A stretch of DNA of 64,000 nucleotides, from assembly GCF_006345805.1 (NCBI RefSeq), contig NW_021833234.1, positions 30,141 through 94,140 on the forward strand, given 5' to 3'. Made by a program: the position numbers and the translations under genes. Below are positions 37,330 through 52,276 of the stretch, one piece after another. This DNA comes from Octopus sinensis (lineage: Eukaryota). The first letter of the stretch is position 1, and the number at the start of each line of letters is the position of its first letter. The notes under the pieces were generated by a model. The model saw nothing but the letters and a program-made list of their open reading frames with translations, ran no database searches and was not told where the DNA came from.

Positions 37330-39068
37330 AAGCGCACTTGAAACGCTTAGAGGAGATTAAAATTACATCTTTCAATGTGAGAGGGATCAGCAAGGACTGG
37401 AAAAGAAACCTACTATCTGGGACTGGACTGATCTGGGAGATATGGTACTACTTTGGGATGCCTATAAGAACCAAAGTAGAAACGGGAATATATGAGGGGG
37501 TTAAACGCTCATTTTACTGCCATTGGGGCACGATAGACAGGAGCTTGCCGTGCATAGGAAACTTATACGTAGAATATATCGGTGCTGGAGTCTTTCGAAT
37601 AGAATCAGCGTGCTTTAAATACGAGTCAGTGTTAAACGTACGTTGAGAGCCCTCAATAAACGTATATTACCCCATAGTGGACGGGTTGTCAGAGATTCGG
37701 ATAAACTTAACGCTTTCTATATGCAACTTTCGGGAACATTTGAATCCTCATTTCTAGTTTTTAGTGCAACCGACTGGAACGGGGAGTATGTTGAGAATAT
37801 GAGTCTACTATTGAAAAACAAGGAAGAGGGATTAGAAACCCCCTGGGGGTATCCTGATAAATTTCTCCCGCGCGTTTGGACACGCGTAGCACTGCGTTTG
37901 CCCATGCGGCACGACATAAAACCACTTGGACAGCCGTCAAAAAAACTGAAAGATAGAACAATATTACGGGAGTCAAAGTCAGACTGAGGGACCATTGTGG
38001 AAAGTAACCACAGAGTCGTCGTTGCCCTGTTTGATATTAGAAGTTGTTTTGTACGTACCTCAGGAACGAAGCTTACCAAAGATTCGAGAGTGCGACCACA
38101 ATTTTGCGGATCGACATGTCGAGAGCTTTTTGCACAATTGGCCAAGGAAAATTTATTGGTGTTTTGTGCGATTCCTCGACAGGGACTGTCAGGATAATAA
38201 AAGTTCTATTGTCGAACATGGAACTGATGGTACGAATTGTGAGTAATTCATCCAGAAAATTTTCGATGACAGTGGGTATTTCTCAGGGGGCTGTTTGTGA
38301 TATGCCTGGAGGCAGCACTGAGCGATCTTAGACGCTTTATAGTGGGCAAATCACCGAAATTGTATACGTTGACGATGTGAATTTTATATCACACAATACA
38401 ACAGTTTTGAGACGGTTACTTGAAGTTGTATCACCAGAGCTTGAGAAATGATTTTTTACCTTAAATACAACTAAAACTGAAATCACGGAAATCGCACGCA
38501 TAGGATCAAGATTGGATGAGGACTGAAAACGTTTCAAGAAACTTGGCTCACTCCTCAAAGATAGTGAGGACATAACTCGGAAGAAAGTATTATCCACGGC
38601 CGCGTTGAACAGACTGAAAACGGATTCGATGGCCAACAGGATGGCAACGTTCGGGCTTTGTTTGCATTTCTACAATGCTTTTGTGAAACTGGTTCTGCTA
38701 TATAAATTCTCCTGTTAAGGGATCTTAGCTTCAGAAACTAATTGTCAAGAAAATCGTTTCAACAAGTGTGGAAATATAACTATTATGCTTCTACGGAAGT
38801 TGCCAATAATAATTTGCAATGCCATGAATCATGACAAAGCTTGTGGAGCACAGAAAACAGTAGCAATAATCAGTCTGGTCCATTACCCTCTGTCTTGGGC
38901 GACGTCCTGTAATGCGTCAAGATCGTCCCGGTCCTTTAGATTTTTTCCCGCCATCCAGAGGTCTCTGTACAGTGTAAGCGGGAGAGTATTTCTTGAACTT
39001 CCATGGACACGCGGGCCATTCGATTCGGAATAGTTCTCCATAGCGGATCGCAAATAATCCTTTTTCAA
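37330..39068. pseudogene. Degenerate RTE-like non-LTR element with an inverted 3' end (duplicated at ~50345-52090)
   Basis: IKITSFNVRGI (APE start), GISQG, YVDDV, KKLGSLL on plus; C-terminal NTLP..L.RDL...DL..L...AQDR..W on minus at ~38800-39068. Confidence 0.65.
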
Positions 39069-39256
39069 ATCAGATCACAGATAAAACAAAAAATCACTTT
39101 AATAACCGGGATGCTTCCAAACTTTTCCAAAAATCTAATATTAGAAATATTGTAATATCACGTGTGATAAAATCGTATTTGTTATAAAAATATTAAATAA
39201 TTCAAATAATGTGGAGAAGTTTAAATTTCATATATTTAGTTGGCACGTTAGATTAG

Positions 39257-40946
39257 ATGTCATTTCACCGGAAATCAATTAGCTCAAATATGGCGGAGAA
39301 GCTCAAGAGTGATTTAATAAAATAATCGTTAAGAGATGGGGATTAGTGAATTGTTCAAAGTGCAGGAGGATTCATTCGATGCAATATACGATGGATATGA
39401 TGTAATGATACAATCAAGTTAAACAGTATTTTTGAATATTTTTAGGGACTGGAAGTGGGAAAACTGTAATTTGTGTTTTTAGTTAGAATTAGTTAGCATT
39501 TGGTATTCCAGTAATAGAAAGATTTCTTGCGAGTGAGAGTAAATCGAGTGGGATAATTGTATGTGTTATTGCTTATATTCCAGTTAATAGCACTCGCACC
39601 AACTCGAGAATTAGCTCAGCAAATTAGTAGTGAATTAGAAAAGATATGCGACCTCCGAGTGTTGTGCGTATATGGAGGAGTGGACATTGGTCCTCAGAGT
39701 ATTGTTTAGTGTTTAATTGGTAGTGTCTCGGTTAAGATATGGCGTGGACATGGTTGTAGGGACTCCAGGTCGAATGGGGGATTTGCTTGCTAGGAGAGCT
39801 ATCAATTTGGACCGGATTCGTCATGTTGTTCTCGATGAAGTGGATAGAATGTTAGACATGGGCTTTAAGGAAAATGTGGAATACATTATTAGAGCTGCTT
39901 TCGGTTTTTAAGAAATATTATTTATAGACTCTGTTCCTGAAAAACCTCAACTACTTCTCCTGTCCGCCACTCTTCCTCCTTGGGTATATCAAGTGGCTGA
40001 GTTATACATGTACAACGATTACGTCGTCATCGATACTATCGACACTTCAGTAAAAACTGCAGAAACTGTGAAGGTTGTAAGAGCTATTTATTGTCAGCAT
40101 ATGGCTTTAAATATGGACGGGAAAGATCTTATCGACACGCTTAACCAAATTGTTGAGGGAATCTCTTCCAATGGAAGGGTCATAATTTTCGCAGAGACCA
40201 AAATACAAGTCCATAAAATTTGGGCCGATCGATCCATTAAATTTCCTTTAGAAATAATTCACGGAGATATTGAACAGTCCCGAAGGGAACGATCTCTTAA
40301 AGTTTATATTTTTTTCTCCAATTAAGGCATTCCGTAACGGTACTGTCTGTGCGTTAGTTTGTACTGATGTGGCGTCTCGGGGAATAGATATTCCTGACGT
40401 TGAGTTGGTTATTCAGTGCAGTCCTCCCAATAATCCCGACAACTATATTCATCGTTGTGGTAGAACTGGCAGGGCAGGTCGTCGTGGGCTAGCAGTTCTC
40501 CTTTACTTCCACTCTGAGGAGTACTTGCTTACTCAAATCGAGCGAAGGGCAGTAAGTTCATTTCCTTGCATCACTAGGGAATCGTTTTTGATGATTATTC
40601 GCCTCTATCTTTTGAAGACATACTTTTTAATGATATCATGACTCAAATCAAAGGAGTCCAAACAGAAGAAATAAACAAGTATCGGCCAGTTGTAAAGCGA
40701 ATACAATCTAATTACAATAATGATGACTCATTTGCAGCTCTTCTATCGCTTTTCCTTTCAGATGCTGCCAAAAACAGAAAAATAACTGAATCCTCATATA
40801 ATCAGAATACATTTAAAGATTTTTCACGGCAGAATGAAAGACGTTATTCTTATAAAGAGGAATCCAGGAGATCAAGAAATTTTTTTTCCAACTTGAGCTC
40901 AAGGAATTTAAACTGGCAACGAGGATCTGATTTTTCTTTTAGATAG
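39257..40946 (+). CDS. DDX21: DDX21/DDX50-like nucleolar DEAD-box (DEVD) RNA helicase, copy 1
   Basis: [45 protein letters not shown]; nine introns of 24-28 nt. Confidence 0.85.
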
Positions 40947-41029
40947 GCTGTTTTTAAAAATTTTGTTATTATTTTTCTGCTTTATTAATCTGGATTTATT
41001 TTTTTGCTATTGATTTTATACTAAAATAA

Positions 41030-42596
41030 GGAGTCTGTTATGCAACGTGCTACTATCTCGATGTGTGCTCTACCTGGACAACAAGAAACTAACAATATTA
41101 TTAATAATAATATACCTAGAGCAGGATGGACAACCGCATCGGAGAGACAGACGTCCGATGGCAAGAACATCGTCTTTGCCATTGCAGAAGGGATCGAGTG
41201 CACGACCCGGGAGGACTGGGTTAAATCCGCCCTTTCCCAAGTGTTGGGAAGAGCTTCCAGGATGCCCAGAAATGGGTGGCCTACCCTGCTTCAGTGTTTC
41301 AATCGACGCTTTAGCTCGAACCTATCGTTAGATGCACTGAAGAAGCTGGCCAAGACCCCTCCTCCTGGCTCGCGGGGGAGGACTGCCGCTGCGGTTACGC
41401 CGTCAGGATGCCCCCCCGTGTTCTGATCAACACGAGCACCAGAGTAGTGAGTTATCGCTACTCTTGCAGGTTAAGGAAATATTTAGTAGGCATATCTCTG
41501 CGAATCGTGTTGTCCCCCTTGCGGACCGCAGAGTGACCCGAAAGATACCTCGGTGGCAACTCAGAAGTGACGTGATGGGTTGCATCAATCATGCCATAGC
41601 TTACGCGATCGTGTGTGAGCCTCCGGAGACAATGGACGAGATTTCTCTCTATTTGTACTCGGCACAGACAACCTATGATGAAATCACTCAGAGGCCTGCC
41701 CCAAATAGTAGATGGAGAGAAAACATTGCCGCAAAAGTAGCCGCAAGGAAAGCCGAGCTGGAAGCGCTGACTGGGCACATTTTGAATGTGAGCAATGGGG
41801 TCAAGGGCAAGACTCCCCCCTTGGTGCGTACTTTACTTCGTCGGGAACGAGCTGCCAAATGGGACCTCAACGAGTTGAGGCGTGTCCGGGCAGAGAGGGA
41901 GGAGCTGATTCTCGTTTATCAGAAGAAGCTCTCAACTCATGAGTCTCGGTGTTAGCGCAGGCGGGAGAACAACCTGTTTGAATTTAATCGCAGGTCGTTC
42001 TATCGTCGGTTGCACGGAGAGACGAAGGAGGGTACCCAGCAAAAGGCCGAAATGCTTGACACATGGGGGAGTATGTGGAAAGCACGTCCTCGCAAGGGTG
42101 TGTCGTTTCCGTTTTGTGGACCCGATGCTCCCTTGATGACCGAGTCTTGTGGTGTCTCTGACATCCGCAAGAAGTTCGATGAAGCAGGAACCCGTCTCTC
42201 TGACTGGAAGACACCTGGGGTCGATAAGGTGTATAATTTCTTTATTAAAAATTGCAAACCTATCCATGATTGCATGTGTCGAGCAATCGAACAGTTTACA
42301 CTAGACCCTGGCTCGATTCCAGAGTGGTTATGTACTGGGGTCACTTATTTGATCCCTAAAGTAGATAACCCTTCCGCTCCGACAGAATATCGTCCGATAA
42401 CCTGTATGCCCAACCTGTACAAGTTGATGACTAAGGTGGTGGCTACTGAGGTCAGAAATTTCGTGGAGGTGAATGGGATTCTGTCCGAGAACCAGTTAGG
42501 TACTCGGCGGGATTGCCAGGGAGCTAAGGAGCAGGCACTGATCAACAATGCCTCGCGAGAGCCCACGGAAACTCACTAGTGTCAATGTGGGTGGAT
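41030..42596 (+). mobile_element. R4/Dong-like element, copy 2 (longer 5' end, same satellite truncation)
   Basis: Near-identical to copy 1; same TAG and frameshift; same GTGGAT/ACATAATCTC junction. Confidence 0.88.
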
Positions 42597-45434
42597 ACAT
42601 AATCTCAAGTGCTCACATCTAGGGACCTCCAAAAATTGCTAATATATTACGTAATTTATTGCATAATCTCAAGTACCCCCATATGCTCACATCTAGGGAC
42701 CTCACAAAATTGCATAATATATTACGTAATTTATTGCATTATCTCAAGTACCCGCATATGTACACATCTAGGGACCTGCTAAAATTGCATAATATATTAC
42801 GCAATTTATTGCATAATCTCAAGTACCCCCATATGCTCACATTTAGGGACCTCATAAAATTGCATAATATATTACGTAATTTATTGCATAATCTCAAGTA
42901 CCCGAATATGTACACATCTAGGGACCTCCCAAAATTGCATAATATATTACGCAATTTATTACATAATCTCAAGTACCCCCCATATGCTCACATTTAGGGA
43001 CCTCCCAAAATTGCATAATATATTAAGTAATTTATTGCATAATCTCAAGTACCTGCATTTCCTCACATCTAGGGAGCTCCCAAAATTGCATAATATATTA
43101 CGTATTTATTGCATAATCTCCTCAAGTACCCACATATGCTCACATCTAGGGACCTCAAAAATTGCATAACATATTACGTAATTATTGCATAATCTCAAGT
43201 ACCCACATATGCTCACATCTAGGGACCTCACAAAATTGCATAATATATTAGGAATTTATTGCATAATCTCAAGTACCTGCATATGTACACATCTAGGGAC
43301 CTCACAAAATTGCATAATATATTAGGGAATTTATTACATAATCTCAAGTACCCGCATATGTTCACATCTAGGGACCTCCCAAAATTGCATAATATATTAC
43401 GTAATTTATTACATACCCAAATATGCTCACATCTAGGGACCTCCCAAAATTGCATAACATATTACGTAATTTATTGCATAATCTCAAGTACCTGCATATG
43501 CTCACATCTAGGGAGCTCCCAAAATTGCATAACATATTACGTAATTTATTGCATAATCTCAAGTACCTGCATATGCTCACATCTAGGGAGCTCCCAAAAT
43601 TGCATAATATATTACGTAATTTATTGCATAATCTCAAGTACCCGCATATGTACACATCTAGGGACCTCCCAAAATTGCATAATATATTACGTAATTTATT
43701 GCATAATCTCAAGTACCCGCATATGTACACATCTAGGGACCTCCCAAAATTGCATAACGTATTACGTAATTTATTGCATAATCTCAAGTACCCGCATATG
43801 TACACATCTAGGGACCTCACAAAATTGCATAATATATTAAGCAATATATTGCATAATCTCAAGTACCTGCATATGTACACATCTAGGGACCTCACAAAAT
43901 TGCATAATATATTACGTAATTTATTGCATAATCTCAAGTACCCACATATGCTCACATCTAGGGACCTCCCAAAATTGCATAATATATTACGTAATTTATT
44001 GCATAATCTCAAGTACCCGCATATGTACACATCTAGGGACCTCCCAAAATTGCATAATACATTACGTAATTTATTGCATAATCTCAAGTACCCGCATATG
44101 TACACATCTAGGGAGCACCCAAAATTGCATAATATATTACGTATTTATCGCATAATCTCAAGTACCCGCATATGTACACATCTAGGGAGCTCCCAAAATT
44201 GCATAATATATTACGGAATTTATTAAATACCCGAATATGCTCACATCTAGGGAGCCCCAAAATTGCATAATATATTATGTAATTTATGCATAATCTCAAG
44301 TACCCGCATATGTACACATCTAGGGACCTCCCAAAATTGCATAATATATTACGCAATTATTACATATCTCAAGTACCCCCATATGCTCACATTTAGGGAC
44401 CTCATAAAATTGCATAATATATTACGTAATTTATTGCATAATCTCAAGTACCCGAATATGTACACATCTAGGGACCTCCCAAAATTGCATAATATATTAC
44501 GCAATTTATTACATAATCTCAAGTACCCCCATATGCTCACATTTAGGGACCTCATAAAATTGCATAATATATTACGTAATTTATTGCATAATCTCAAGTA
44601 CCCGAATATGTACACATCTAGGGACCTCCCAAAATTGCATAATATATTACGCAATTTATTACATAATCTCAAGTACCCCCATATGCTCACATTTAGGGAC
44701 CTCCCAAAATTGCATAATATATTAAGTAATTTATTGCATAATCTCAAGTACCTGCATATCCTCACATCTAGGGAGCTCCCAAAATTGCATAATATATTAC
44801 GTAATTTATTGCATAATCTCCTCAAGTACCCACATATGCTCACATCTAGGGACCTCACAAAATTGCATAACATATTACGTAATTTATTGCATAATCTCAA
44901 GTACCCGCATATGTACACATCTAGGGACCTCACAAAATTGCATAATATATTAGGGAATTTATTACATAATCTCAAGTACCCGCATATGTACACATCTAGG
45001 GACCTCACAAAATTGCATAATATATTACGTAATTTATTGCATAATCTCAAGTACCTGCATATGCTCACATCTAGGGAGCTCCCAAAATTGCATAATATAT
45101 TACGTAATTTATTGCATAATCTCCTCAAGTACCCACATATGCTCAAATCTAGGGACCTCACAAAATTGCATAACATATACGTAATTTATTGCATAATCTC
45201 AAGGTACCCGCATATGTACACATCTAGGGACCTCACAAAATTGCATAATATATTACGTAATTTATTGCATAATCTCAAGTACTCGCATATGTACACATCT
45301 AGGGACCTTCCAAAATTGCATAATATATTACGTATTTATTGCATAATCTCAAGTACCCGCATATGTACACATCTAGGGACCTCCAAAAATTGCATAATAT
45401 ATTACGTAATTTATTGCATAATCTCAAGTACCCG
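42597..45434 (+). repeat. 75-bp tandem satellite array 2 (~38 units)
   Basis: Same unit and largely the same order of variant units as array 1. Confidence 0.98.
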
Positions 45435-46125
45435 ATATATGAAATTATCCGATATTTTAATAAAAATCAAAAAATTTTTAATAGGCAAGAAAAAAAATAG
45501 TCAAAAACGTTAAAACATCAATTTTGAACTTCCTAGTCTTCTGGAAAACGTTAGACGCTTTTTTCTAATTCATAAAAGTTGTCCATGTCTATTTTATTTG
45601 TTAAATAGCTGTTAGTAAGAAACTGGCGTATCAATTGATATGTTGTTTTTTCCAACGTTGCAGCCAACCTAAGTAGAAATAAAGTTCATGATCTCCAAAT
45701 TTATAAACTGACTGAATTTCTTGTAACAACAAATTCGTTAATTACCTCGAACGCATGGTAATTAATGGAAATAGAACAAGAAACTTAGAGCCGAGTAATA
45801 AAAGATATAATGCATTGTGTGATGAAACCGGATGAAAAATTCCGATTTATTTGTATCAAACATGTTGCTAAAGACAAAAAGAAATTAAATAGGTACTGCA
45901 TAAATCCTTCAGTCAAGATCATATAGGACGAAATAAAAATGATTTTATGCCAGCAGGGAATCCACAAAAAAGAATCGGTTTGCCCATCATATCTGCTTAT
46001 CTTAAGACAAATTTCTAAAGAATTGGATTGCCTGACGAAACGATATAATGTTTTTATTTCACGGATAGATTTACTAATTAGGAAATATTGGTTTATAAGA
46101 AAAATGATTTGAAACCAAGAAAAAG

Positions 46126-48009
46126 TTAAGGAGAAGCTCTTCCAATAAACCTGGGATAAAGACAGACCTCCCTTATATGATAGAGCCCCAACATCCAGGT
46201 CGCAAAGCGCTCAAGTCCAAGTCCATATCCTCCATGAGGGAAAGTTCCAAACTTCCTCTACGAATAAACTCGGATTGCACCTGCTGAGTATACCAATAAT
46301 ATGGCGAAGGGTCGATCTCATTTTTTAGAAACGCGGCATTTAACTCGGCCTCATCAGAAATACGCATCGATCCCCCGACAATTTCTCCCACATTCGGCAT
46401 CAACAAGTCAACAGACTCAGTCACTCGATTGTCTTCAGCAGACCGACTCATGTAAAATGACTTTATTTCAGCAGGGAATCCATAAAGAAGAATCGGTTCG
46501 CCGATCATATCTGTCATCTGCCTCTCCGGCGCCTCTGGTATATCCTGTCGACATTAGGCATAAAAGGGACATCTCCGAATTCAAAGTCACTTCCATCATC
46601 CTTTTTAATTTGTTGGCAACCAAAAACTCAATCGCCTCCTTGTAATTCATTCTGCGAAACGGAATCTTTGGGGGCTCAAAGTTCTTAAATAATTGCACAT
46701 AAATCACCGGGTTGATGTGGTAAATATCATCGGACGAGGTTTGCATCACTCTCTGGACTGTGTCGCAGACGAGATCCTCAATGCAGTCCATCAGCTGGGA
46801 AAAGTCAATGAACCCGATCTCAGCCTCCACGTGGTTATATTCAGACACATGTCTCCGAGTCCGCGACCGCTCAGCTCGATAAGAGCGAGCAATACAAAAA
46901 CAGTCCCCAACAGCTGGGATACAAGTTTCCAAGTATAGTTGAGATGATTGAGTCAAATAGGCCTGGAAGTTACCAAAATAATCTAACAGGCACACCAAAG
47001 TAGTCGAATTCGAACAATGTACTTCCACCCTCGACCTGAGTCTGGACTATGGTCGGGGGCATCACCTATCGTCACAGAAGAGGCCAACCTCGACGTATTT
47101 TCTGGAGAAATAATGGTCTCGCATGGCACGGGTGATCCGCGACATGACAGAAATGATTCGCGAAGTCTAACCGTGATGCACCAAACCTACATTTTCTCCA
47201 CGCAAGACGAGATGTCGATAATCCAGTTTTGTGTCCACCTGGGAATCCTCCCCAACCAAACTTTCAGACCCCCCTGGAGGAGATGTTCCGATCACTTTGA
47301 AAAAATCCACCACCAATTCAACTCCTCCGGGCGCCTAATGTTCTACAAACTATGGAATACAATTTTTTCTGGCGGCAATGTGTTCACATGACCATAAACA
47401 GCCAAGCAAGTCTCCAGGTTGAGGGACAATGCTTCCCGACACTTGCACTACAAATAAACCCACAGAAAGTACCAAATTATCTGCTAAAATGCATTGCATG
47501 AAGCCTGTTCCATCCCTTAGCATCAGGAACATATATTTTTCCCTTTAATTCAGTTTCGAAAGAGAACCTTGACGACGGATGTGGTAGGCCCAACCGCGGA
47601 CTACAATTCGAGAATTTCCGACGTTTTTAAGAGCGTCCCTGATCTTGAGCGGTACTGCTTCGACAAGTGAGGAGTCCTCATCCAAGTTAGGAGTCCCATT
47701 TTCGAGGACTGACTGGTCGCTGGATGGAACTTGATTTGCAATTTTTGCAGATTTTCTTTGTTCTATGACAAACATTTTTTTGCATTTTTTTAGTTGAGAT
47801 TTGGAAATGGGGACCCATTTCTGAAAGTTATAAGAGAGACCAACATTTCCTTCAAAAATCATCATTGGGAGAGATTGATCTGATGTGGAAAGGGCCTAAA
47901 GTAATTATTCTAATTTAACATGGAGTATGGTCTGAAACGGATTTTGTGCTGAACCATCCCCTGCCTCGTCGCACCCTGTCTCGTATGAAATGTATATGCA
48001 CTGCTCCAT
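46126..48009 (-). CDS. NARS1: Asparaginyl-tRNA synthetase, copy 2 (apparent homopolymer frameshift near 46610)
   Basis: Near-identical to 33109-34994, offset ~13.0 kb. Confidence 0.85.
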
Positions 48010-51000
48010 CACGTCAAAGTAGTGTTATAACGTTAATCACAATTTATTCATTAATTACAAGAGTTTTTTTATTTTATAATGAATCGTTTGTGGGACATTG
48101 ATATCTGGAATTATCATTCAAACTAGCTTTAGTTAACCTACGTAGGTGTTTGGTCAGGTTTATTTGAACTGCGGACTGTGTGCAACACATTTTCGAGATT
48201 TACTGTCCATTAATTTTATTGACTGGTGAAAATTTAGTTTTTAATCCGCCAATATATTCTTTAATAAGCGGCTGGTCGATATTCAAAGGGAATCTGCTGA
48301 TTATATTTTACTCTCTTTGACCGAAAGCTCCTGGAGGAGCTGATGGTGGCGGATTCCCTCCCCGAGTTTCAATGGGGGTTCAGGGAGGGTAGCTCATGCA
48401 GTGACTGCTTGTGGAAGGTGTCCTCCGAAATGAAGTGCGTCATCCAGAAAAGGGAGTGTTGTATATTAGTTAGTCTTGACATAGAAAAGGTCTTCGACTC
48501 GGTGTGGACGACGGCCTTCGGAGCTCCCTCGCTACGTGTAGGGTTTCTTCGTGTCTAAGGCGTTGGGGTTCCTTGAATCTCGTGGACAGGTCGTGCGGCA
48601 TCAGGGGGTCTTTTATAAAGCCGCAACAGTCCTTCGTAGGGTCCCTCAGGGCTCTGTGCTGAGTCCCATACTTTTTAATGTCTTTATGGCTTCTGTGCCC
48701 ATGCTGGTCAATGCTCGTATGGTGATCTATGAAGAAGAGATCATCCTCTGGGATCACTCGATGAAACCTGAGTGTGCGTGTCGTATGCTACAGGTTTCTG
48801 TGGACGGACTAGTAGGAGTCTAATGATGCGTGCGAACAAGTGCAGTGTCCTAAAAGCCTGTAAAAGGACAAGGGGTTACACTAATTAGGTTCCTTGGTTA
48901 TTGCTGAGCGGGTCAGCAATCGCTGCATTTAATCAGATGACTTAAGGAGAGTCTAATAACTGTATACAAGCAGTTTATCAGAACAACTATGAACTACGCT
49001 GTCCTGCTTGGGGCTCCTGCTTATCTATTGCAAACCTTGAAAAACTTCAGAGAACTCAAAATTCAGCATTACGAATTATTACGGGCTGTCTAAAAACGAC
49101 ACCTACTGACCACTTACATTGGGAATCAAAAATCCTTCCTATCAGAGACCATTTTGAAATGCTCAGGCTACAATTTCTTGACAAATGCCGAACGCCAAAT
49201 CACCCCGCCTACTTTTTTTTGCACTCCTCTAAAAACAGGAAAATAATTCCGATCCCCGCGGACAAAATCCGCATGCTTAAACAGTTTCCTCCGGACAATA
49301 ACCAGAAGAGAATTCACGACTTGGTAGCTACGAAGGCAATCAGATGTCTTGGAATAAACAAGCTTCTGGGACGCATTCCGCCATCAATGAACAACAACGA
49401 ATCCTCCCTCTCGAGAAAACCCTGAGTGAACTTGGCCCGTATCCGCTGTGGCCATCATATTGGGCTACGGAATTATCGTCGAAGAATAGGCCTTGCCGAA
49501 TCCACGCACTCCCACTCTCTTAGTGACCTTTTCTCGTGTCCAGGCCCACCTTCTGCTTCCTCAAAACACCGGATCGCGATCGGGGATCTTTGGGAGCGTC
49601 CGACATTGACAATTTTGTTCTTGTTAGCCATCGGTTTCCTCCAATTGAAGGGGCCGGGGGTAAATAAATAAGACGTTTCCTCAGAAGACTTCGACTGCTT
49701 AGAGCAGTCGTCTCGTTGTATCGGACGTCAGAAATTTATGTCACTGTCTCTTGTTTTTACAATAAAATTCTGTCTGTCAGTAATAAAGTAATCTTACATT
49801 TTTATATTTGTTACTATGATGCTCAATCACCTGATTGATAAAAATTTGTATGTTTAATTTCCTCGTTCTTGTTGATTATAAATCAGATTTATCACCCGGA
49901 CACTTAGAACGGGCCTAGAAATTATAACTTACGACAAATAATAATTACTTTTCTACGAAAATTCTTTTAATTGCGCTGGCAATTGGTGGTCAATTGTGTT
50001 AATGATTGTGCTAATCTGCTTAGAGCGGTTAAAGTGTTTTTCAAAATATGTTAATTGCACACTCTTTAATATTTAATATGTGGTGCCTTGTGACTTTTAA
50101 TCCGTGAACTTTCCACCGAGTTCAAAATCGATCAGCAGCTTCAGAAAATCAGTTTTTTTTCATAAGAACTACTCTTAGTAGACTTTCGAACTTTCTTTCT
50201 CATCTTTTTCAAATTAATTTTTCATTTATGCATTTTCGCGATGCTTTTGTCGTCTGGATAATTCCAGCTGGGAAATTGGATAATTCCAGCTCGCGATGCT
50301 TTTTAGTTTGAGGTGTTGACGTGCCTCTATTGCACTATGTCTGAAGCGCACTTGAAACGCTTAGAGGAGATTAAAATTACATCTTTCAATGTGAGAGGGA
50401 TCAGCAAGGACTGGAAAAGAAACCTACTATCTGGGACTGGACTGATCTGGGAGATATGGTACTACTTTGGGATGCCTATAAGAACCAAAGTAGAAACGGG
50501 AATATATGAGGGGGTTAAACGCTCATTTTACTGCCATTGGGGCACGATAGACAGGAGCTTGCCGTGCATAGGAAACTTATACGTAGAATATATCGGTGCT
50601 GGAGTCTTTCGAATAGAATCAGCGTGCTTTAAATACGAGTCAGTGTTAAACGTACGTTGAGAGCCCTCAATAAACGTATATTACCCCATAGTGGACGGGT
50701 TGTCAGAGATTCGGATAAACTTAACGCTTTCTACATGCAACTTTCGGGAACATTTGAATCCTCATTTCTAGTTTTTAGTGCAACCGACTGGAACGCTAAA
50801 GGGGGAGTATGTTGAGAACATGAGTCTACTATTGGAAAACAAGGAAGAGGGATTAGAAACCTCCTGGGGGTATCCTGATAAATTTCTCCCGCGCGTTTGG
50901 ACACGCGTAGCACTGCGTTTGCCCATGCGGCACGACATAAAACCACTTGGACAGCCGTCGAAAAAACTGAAAGATAGAACAATATTACGGGAGTCAAAGT

Positions 51001-52276
51001 CAGACTGAGGGACCATTGTGGAAAGTAACCACAGAGTCGTCGTTGTCCTGTTTGATATTAGAAGTTGTTTTGTACGTACCTCAGGAACGAAGCTTACCAA
51101 AGATTCGAGAGTGCGACCACAATTTTGCGGATCGACATGTCGAGAGCTTTTTGCACAATTGGCCAAGGAAAATTTATTGGTGTTTTGTGCGATTCCTCGA
51201 CAGGGACTGTCAGGATAATAAAAGTTCTATTGTCGAACATGGAACTGATGGTACGAATTGTGAGTAATTCATCCAGAAAATTTTCGATGACAGTGGGTAT
51301 TTCTCAGGGGGCTGTTTGTGATATGCCTGGAGGCAGCACTGAGCGATCTTAGACGCTTTATAGTGGGCAAATCACCGAAATTGTATACGTTGACGATGTG
51401 AATTTTATATCACACAATACAACAGTTTTGAGACGGTTACTTGAAGTTGTATCACCAGAGCTTGAGAAATGATTTTTTACCTTAAATACAACTAAAACTG
51501 AAATCACGGAAATCGCACGCATAGGATCAAGATTGGATGAGGACTGAAAACGTTTCAAGAAACTTGGCTCACTCCTCAAAGATAGTGAGGACATAACTCG
51601 GAAGAAAGTATTATCCACGGCCGCGTTGAACAGACTGAAAACGGATTCGATGGCCAACAGGATGGCAACGTTCGGGCTTTGTTTGCATTTCTACAATGCT
51701 TTTGTGAAACTGGTTCTGCTATATAAATTCTCCTGTTAAGGGATCTTAGCTTCAGAAACTAATTGTCAAGAAAATCGTTTCAACAAGTGTGGAAATATAA
51801 CTATTATGCTTCTACGGAAGTTGCCAATAATAATTTGCAATGCCATGAATCATGACAAAGCTTGTGGAGCACAGAAAACAGTAGCAATAATCAGTCTGGT
51901 CCATTACCCTCTGTCTTGGGCGACGTCCTGTAATGCGTCAAGATCGTCCCGGTCCTTTAGATTTTTCCCGCCATCCAGAGGTCTCTGTACAGTGTAAGCG
52001 GGAGAGTATTTCTTGAACTTCCATGGACACGCGGGCCATTCGATTCGGAATAGTTCTCCATAGCGGATCGCAAATAATCCTTTTTCAAATCAGATCACAG
52101 ATAAAACAAAAAATCACTTTAATAACCGGGATGCTTCCAAACTTTTCCAAAAATCTAATATTAGAAATATTGTAATATCACGTGTGATAAAATCGTATTT
52201 GTTATAAAAATATTAAATAATTCAAATAATGTGGAGAAGTTTAAATTTCATATATTTAGTTGGCACGTTAGATTAG

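Noticed and set aside
41025-41085. HDV-like ribozyme at the R4 5' end
   Set aside because: Only a weak P1 with a mismatch; no P1.1, P4 or P2 could be built.
29909-45513. Long repeat-protein CDS calls from the ORF track
   Set aside because: They are a by-product of a stop-free 75-bp unit; frame-breaking variants are shared between arrays. Kept only as a low-interest finding.
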